From assembly GCA_000934665.2 (NCBI GenBank), contig KZ538142.1, positions 1-64,000 of the forward strand: 64,000 bases of DNA, read 5' to 3'. How positions within the stretch are numbered: the stretch's first letter is position 1; the number at the start of each line of letters is the position of its first letter. Below are positions 60,059 to 64,000 of the stretch, piece by piece. This DNA comes from Catajapyx aquilonaris. Lineage: Eukaryota. The notes under the pieces are model-generated. The model was not told the DNA's origin, searched no databases, and saw only the letters and a program-made list of their open reading frames with translations. The position numbers and the translations under genes were made by a program.

Positions 60059-62444
60059 GAAGTCTTGATGAGCGCTACCGAGTGCTCATCCACACTCGCG
60101 CAGCTCCATTGTTTTGACGATAACATTGCAAGAATTACTTCCCAGAAGCCAAATTTACACCCGTAGCCTCTGGAGGTTAGTTCCGGAGCTTTGGCAACGT
60201 CGCAAACGTTGGCCATATTGTTTTCCCCAAAGTCGTAGCGTTGGAAATAAATGCCGCGCAGAACACCCACTATAGAGAGCTTACCACATACCACTGATAA
60301 TTCCAACCGTGCAAGCTGCGCGAACGGTGGTGCGCACTCGGGTGGGTTCGTTAAAAATGCATCTCTATCAGTTGATAAATCGCGATTTCTGACCAGGCGA
60401 CACATATCCGGGTCAGTTAAACGTTTCTGACACATCACCCTGTAATATACAAATGGCACTCTTATTCATACATGAGACTCTGGTTTTTGTTTGCATGCTT
60501 TCCCCATAAATTCTACCCACTTGTTTACGAACATTTGTTACCTATGTCACCGTTAATCTCGCACTCATTTCTCCAACCTATTTTTTTGTTATATATATTT
60601 TTGAAAAAGCCTAACTTTTCACCTCACACCCTTCTTTTCCTTCCAAGTCACCTAAAAGTTTTTTGTTTTGTTTTTTTGGAGGGGAGGGTCCTTTGCGTGA
60701 CCTGGCTCCAACCCTTTTTCATCATTCTCCGCGCATGTGGATCGGATTTTGATTGGAGGCCTCCCAGATTTATGTCTCCTCGTATATTTTGGAAAGCGCG
60801 TAAATAAAGAAAAGGAGACCCCAACCAGCGCTCTTTTCTTTTATATGGAGTAGCAGTCAGGAGAAAGTGAGAGGGACAAAAAAAATATGTGTATTGCTTC
60901 AACTGGAACACAATTTGGGCGAGGCGGCCTACTGAAGCACCAGAAACGAGATTTGATTGAGTCAGATGTGAAAAATTTCGGTGGATGCGTTAATCCACAA
61001 TCTGCCACGTACTGCTAGGCCTACTAAAAGTTGCGTTTTACGACTAAAGTTGGTCAATATTATTGATGTTGGTTAAAATAAAAGCGCTGTTGCTATTTTT
61101 AAAATAACTGCGACATTGCTATTTTAACAGTAACAAACGATATTGCTTTTTAAAAATAAACAGCCACATTAGCATTTTAAAATAACTGTGATCATGCTAT
61201 TGAAGGATAACAATGATTATAATATTTTAACTGATAGTGTTAGCCTATTTAAAATAAGTAAAAAACGCAATTTGACAAATAACAGCGATGTGGTTATTTT
61301 TTTAAAAAACAGCAGTGATCTATCAGACATGGGTGGACAACAGGTACGCTTTGATTAAGAGTGATTTACGACTAATATCTGAGAGCTATCTGTAGCAGTT
61401 ATTCTCCTATTTTTATACCTGTCAGATGACTTTGTAGTCATTACTCTCCGATTCACATAGGTCCGAACCTTTTGGGATATACATACGCCCGAGGGGATGA
61501 GTCGCCGCAAAATTAGTCCGGCCGGTATCGCTGGATTTCTCGAAGAAACATGCTGGTAATACATGTAATTCGAATGCCTAATTATCATGGGCAGCCCATG
61601 CGGTAGTCGCAGCGCTACACAAACTGCACATTTTGTTGTGAGGAGCGGTAGGTCCCGGCAAGGGGGGCACTACTTTCTGGCGTATGGATATCCAAAAAGG
61701 TTCAGACTTATGCGAATCGGAGAGTAGTAAGTTACGCTAACAAAGCTGCAATGTTGATGTCATTTAACACTTATTTTGACATATTGCGTACTTACTTCTA
61801 AGGTACATTCATTATAATAAATGCAGCGAAAATAATGACGTCAGTGTCAGTGAGAAAATAGCTGCTATGCGATATTTGACATTGCGCAGCATTATATAGG
61901 TCAAGCCGCATAAAAAAGAAGCTCCTGCAGAAGAAGAGGAGGGGGAAAAAAGAAACAATGGGTGGAGAAAATTCCGCAACTGGCAAAGTAAGCATCCCAA
62001 AATAGCGTTGAAGAGTTGAGACTTTTTGATGTGGAAGAAGAGAAGAAGAAGGAAGAAAAAAAAGGAAAGGGGGAAGGGTAGGGGAGTGGAGGGAGGGAAA
62101 TAGCCCCCGCCTGGCTGCATTGGCTTCTTGGCTCGATCCGCAGCTGTCAGGAAGCGAAGTTGGGGCCAACTGACAGACGAAAAGGATGTGCCCTCCTGCA
62201 TTTTTCGGACGCTTGTCTGCACCCAACTTGGGCCCTTCTGGAAGGCCATGGCGCCACCCCACCCCCCACCCACAACTTGGAAACATATCCAGGGAGAATC
62301 CCCATCACCACGAGTGTAATCTGCAATGTGCACCAAGCTTATACTTGGTGCAGTTGAAGCACCTCTCACTTGAAAGTCAATTGGCATCACTGCCACTCAC
62401 GCGAATCATATCAGCCGATCGTGATTGATGGTGTGACAAATCCG

Positions 62445-62755
62445 CGTAAGTCATCGAAAAACTTACTTAATTGACGCACTTGACGTAATCGGCATAATTA
62501 TTGTAGTAGGCATACCGGTAATTGAAGTACTTGACGTACAGGTAATTGGCATAATTGACAAACTGGACATTGCAGACAAAGGCTACAATAGATGTACTTG
62601 ACGTATTTTTCGTACTCGAGTTATTTGGAGTAATCAACGCATTTGATACATTAGGCGTAGTTTACGTAGTTAACTTAACCGACGTGGTTTGCGTACTTCG
62701 CGAAATCAATGTACTCGACATGTTTAACGTAATTGGCATACTTAACGCACGGTAA
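62445..62755. repeat. Degenerate 9-bp-period repeat (TTGACGTAA/C-like)
   Basis: Recurrent TTGACGTA / TCGGCATAA units; explains the periodic ORF at 62555. Confidence 0.55.
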
Positions 62756-64000
62756 TTTTTATAGCTAAAGTAATTTTCAACATTTTTTGCTGAAACGATC
62801 GACAGACAGTTGCAGATATTACGTGAAATTACGTAATGGAAGACATTTTACGAAGTTATTTTGGCTTTAAAAATGTTACCGCCTTAAAACAATGATTTCA
62901 AACAATTACAGAGACATGAAAGTACGCCCCAGTAATTAACAGGTATTTACGCTATCCCCTTTCCCTTTGACAAAAAATGTGTGCAATGTTTACTTGGCCG
63001 CAATTAAATTTTTAGAACCCAAATTAAATGCAACACCTCTCCTCACACAACTGGGCAATGAATAAATCTGTGACCGTGGTTTTGGTAAGCGACGCACACC
63101 GGCTCTTTTTTCTCTCTCCAACCATTCTATAGCCACTTTCTATTTTTTAAGACTCTGTAACTACAGGGTTCGAATCCCTCCTCCCTCCATTTTCAACCCT
63201 GCTAAATAATTCATGTGCTAAGCTGGTAGGAGGCCAACAAAGCCCCCCCTTTTCCTCCCTTCCACCGACCGACCGACCGACCGACATCCAAAGTCCTCTC
63301 GAGTGTGTTTCGCAACGATTAAATTTAATTCTGTTTGCACTGTGGCGCACACACATATGGCGAATTGACGTGCGGGATGTTACGGCCTGTGAATGGACCT
63401 CCTCTTGCATTCAGACCATGGAATATAACCGTTTTCCATCCTGTTGACCTCATCCACCCCTCCCCTCACAAATAATAATCGTTTCCCGCCTGTTTTCATG
63501 CCCTCTGAACGACAACTACTGACAAGGCTTCCCAAATGGCAAAAACTATTGTTGTACGCATGTCACTTGAGAAGTCGTTAGTGCTGCGTGAACTGACGTG
63601 TCCATTTTAATTAGTAATAATTGTTGTGCACCGATGTAAGCAGTTACATTTTGAACAGATATCGAAATGTGTTGTCCCAAAAACAAAGTTATAATAAACA
63701 ACAATAAATAGGTATACTAGAAAACCCTCTCTTCGCTCGCATTTTTCTAGGCCTGCGGCCTGCGGTGGTCGAGTACATATTGTTAATCGCTTTGGTTTTC
63801 GTAGATCCTGTATATCTCCCCCCCCCCCATCTCTCTCATCCTCTCTGGAAGCCCAGATTAACTTGTCATTATACAGCCAAACTAAAGAGATGGAGAAACA
63901 AATGTTATCCTGACCGTTCAACGCAACCCCTTCGACTCTCTTGAACAACTGGTTGCCTCACTGCCAGGATGTTTTGGCACAGATCCGTAACCTAAGAGTG

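Noticed and set aside
61798..62396. 160-194 aa minus-strand ORFs
   Set aside because: Low-complexity pyrimidine-derived Phe/Ser/Leu/Pro composition, open in overlapping frames, no domain.
63150..63195. GGTTCGAATCCC B-box as a possible tRNA
   Set aside because: No A-box or cloverleaf 5' half visible; at most a tRNA-derived SINE fragment.

Overview
This is eukaryotic, intron-rich DNA, most likely from an arthropod, judged by the peptides and exon structure. Most of the window is one minus-strand gene for a class I facilitated glucose transporter of the insect Glut1 type (SLC2A1/3-like, MFS sugar porter). I traced its coding exons by hand from a polyQ/H/P and coiled-coil N-terminal extension (38225-37666, 32743-32443), through nine core exons (19481-12212), to the C-terminal tail exons (11496-6660); every junction is GT-AG and phase-consistent. 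The gene shows signs of extensive alternative splicing: several candidate first exons, a 21-nt tandem acceptor, a 30-nt microexon, a 102-nt cassette and several alternative C-termini. A 38-nt long-range inverted repeat brackets the competing terminal acceptors. The left end holds the first coding exon and promoter of a probable mitochondrial ribosome recycling factor gene (minus strand) and the 3' end of a decayed Tc1/mariner element. The introns carry MITEs, piggyBac-like and Helitron-like remnants, minisatellites, strong hairpins and a possible spliced plus-strand transcript. There is no prokaryotic system, CRISPR array, rRNA or intact tRNA. Homologies are recognised from memory, not from a database search.
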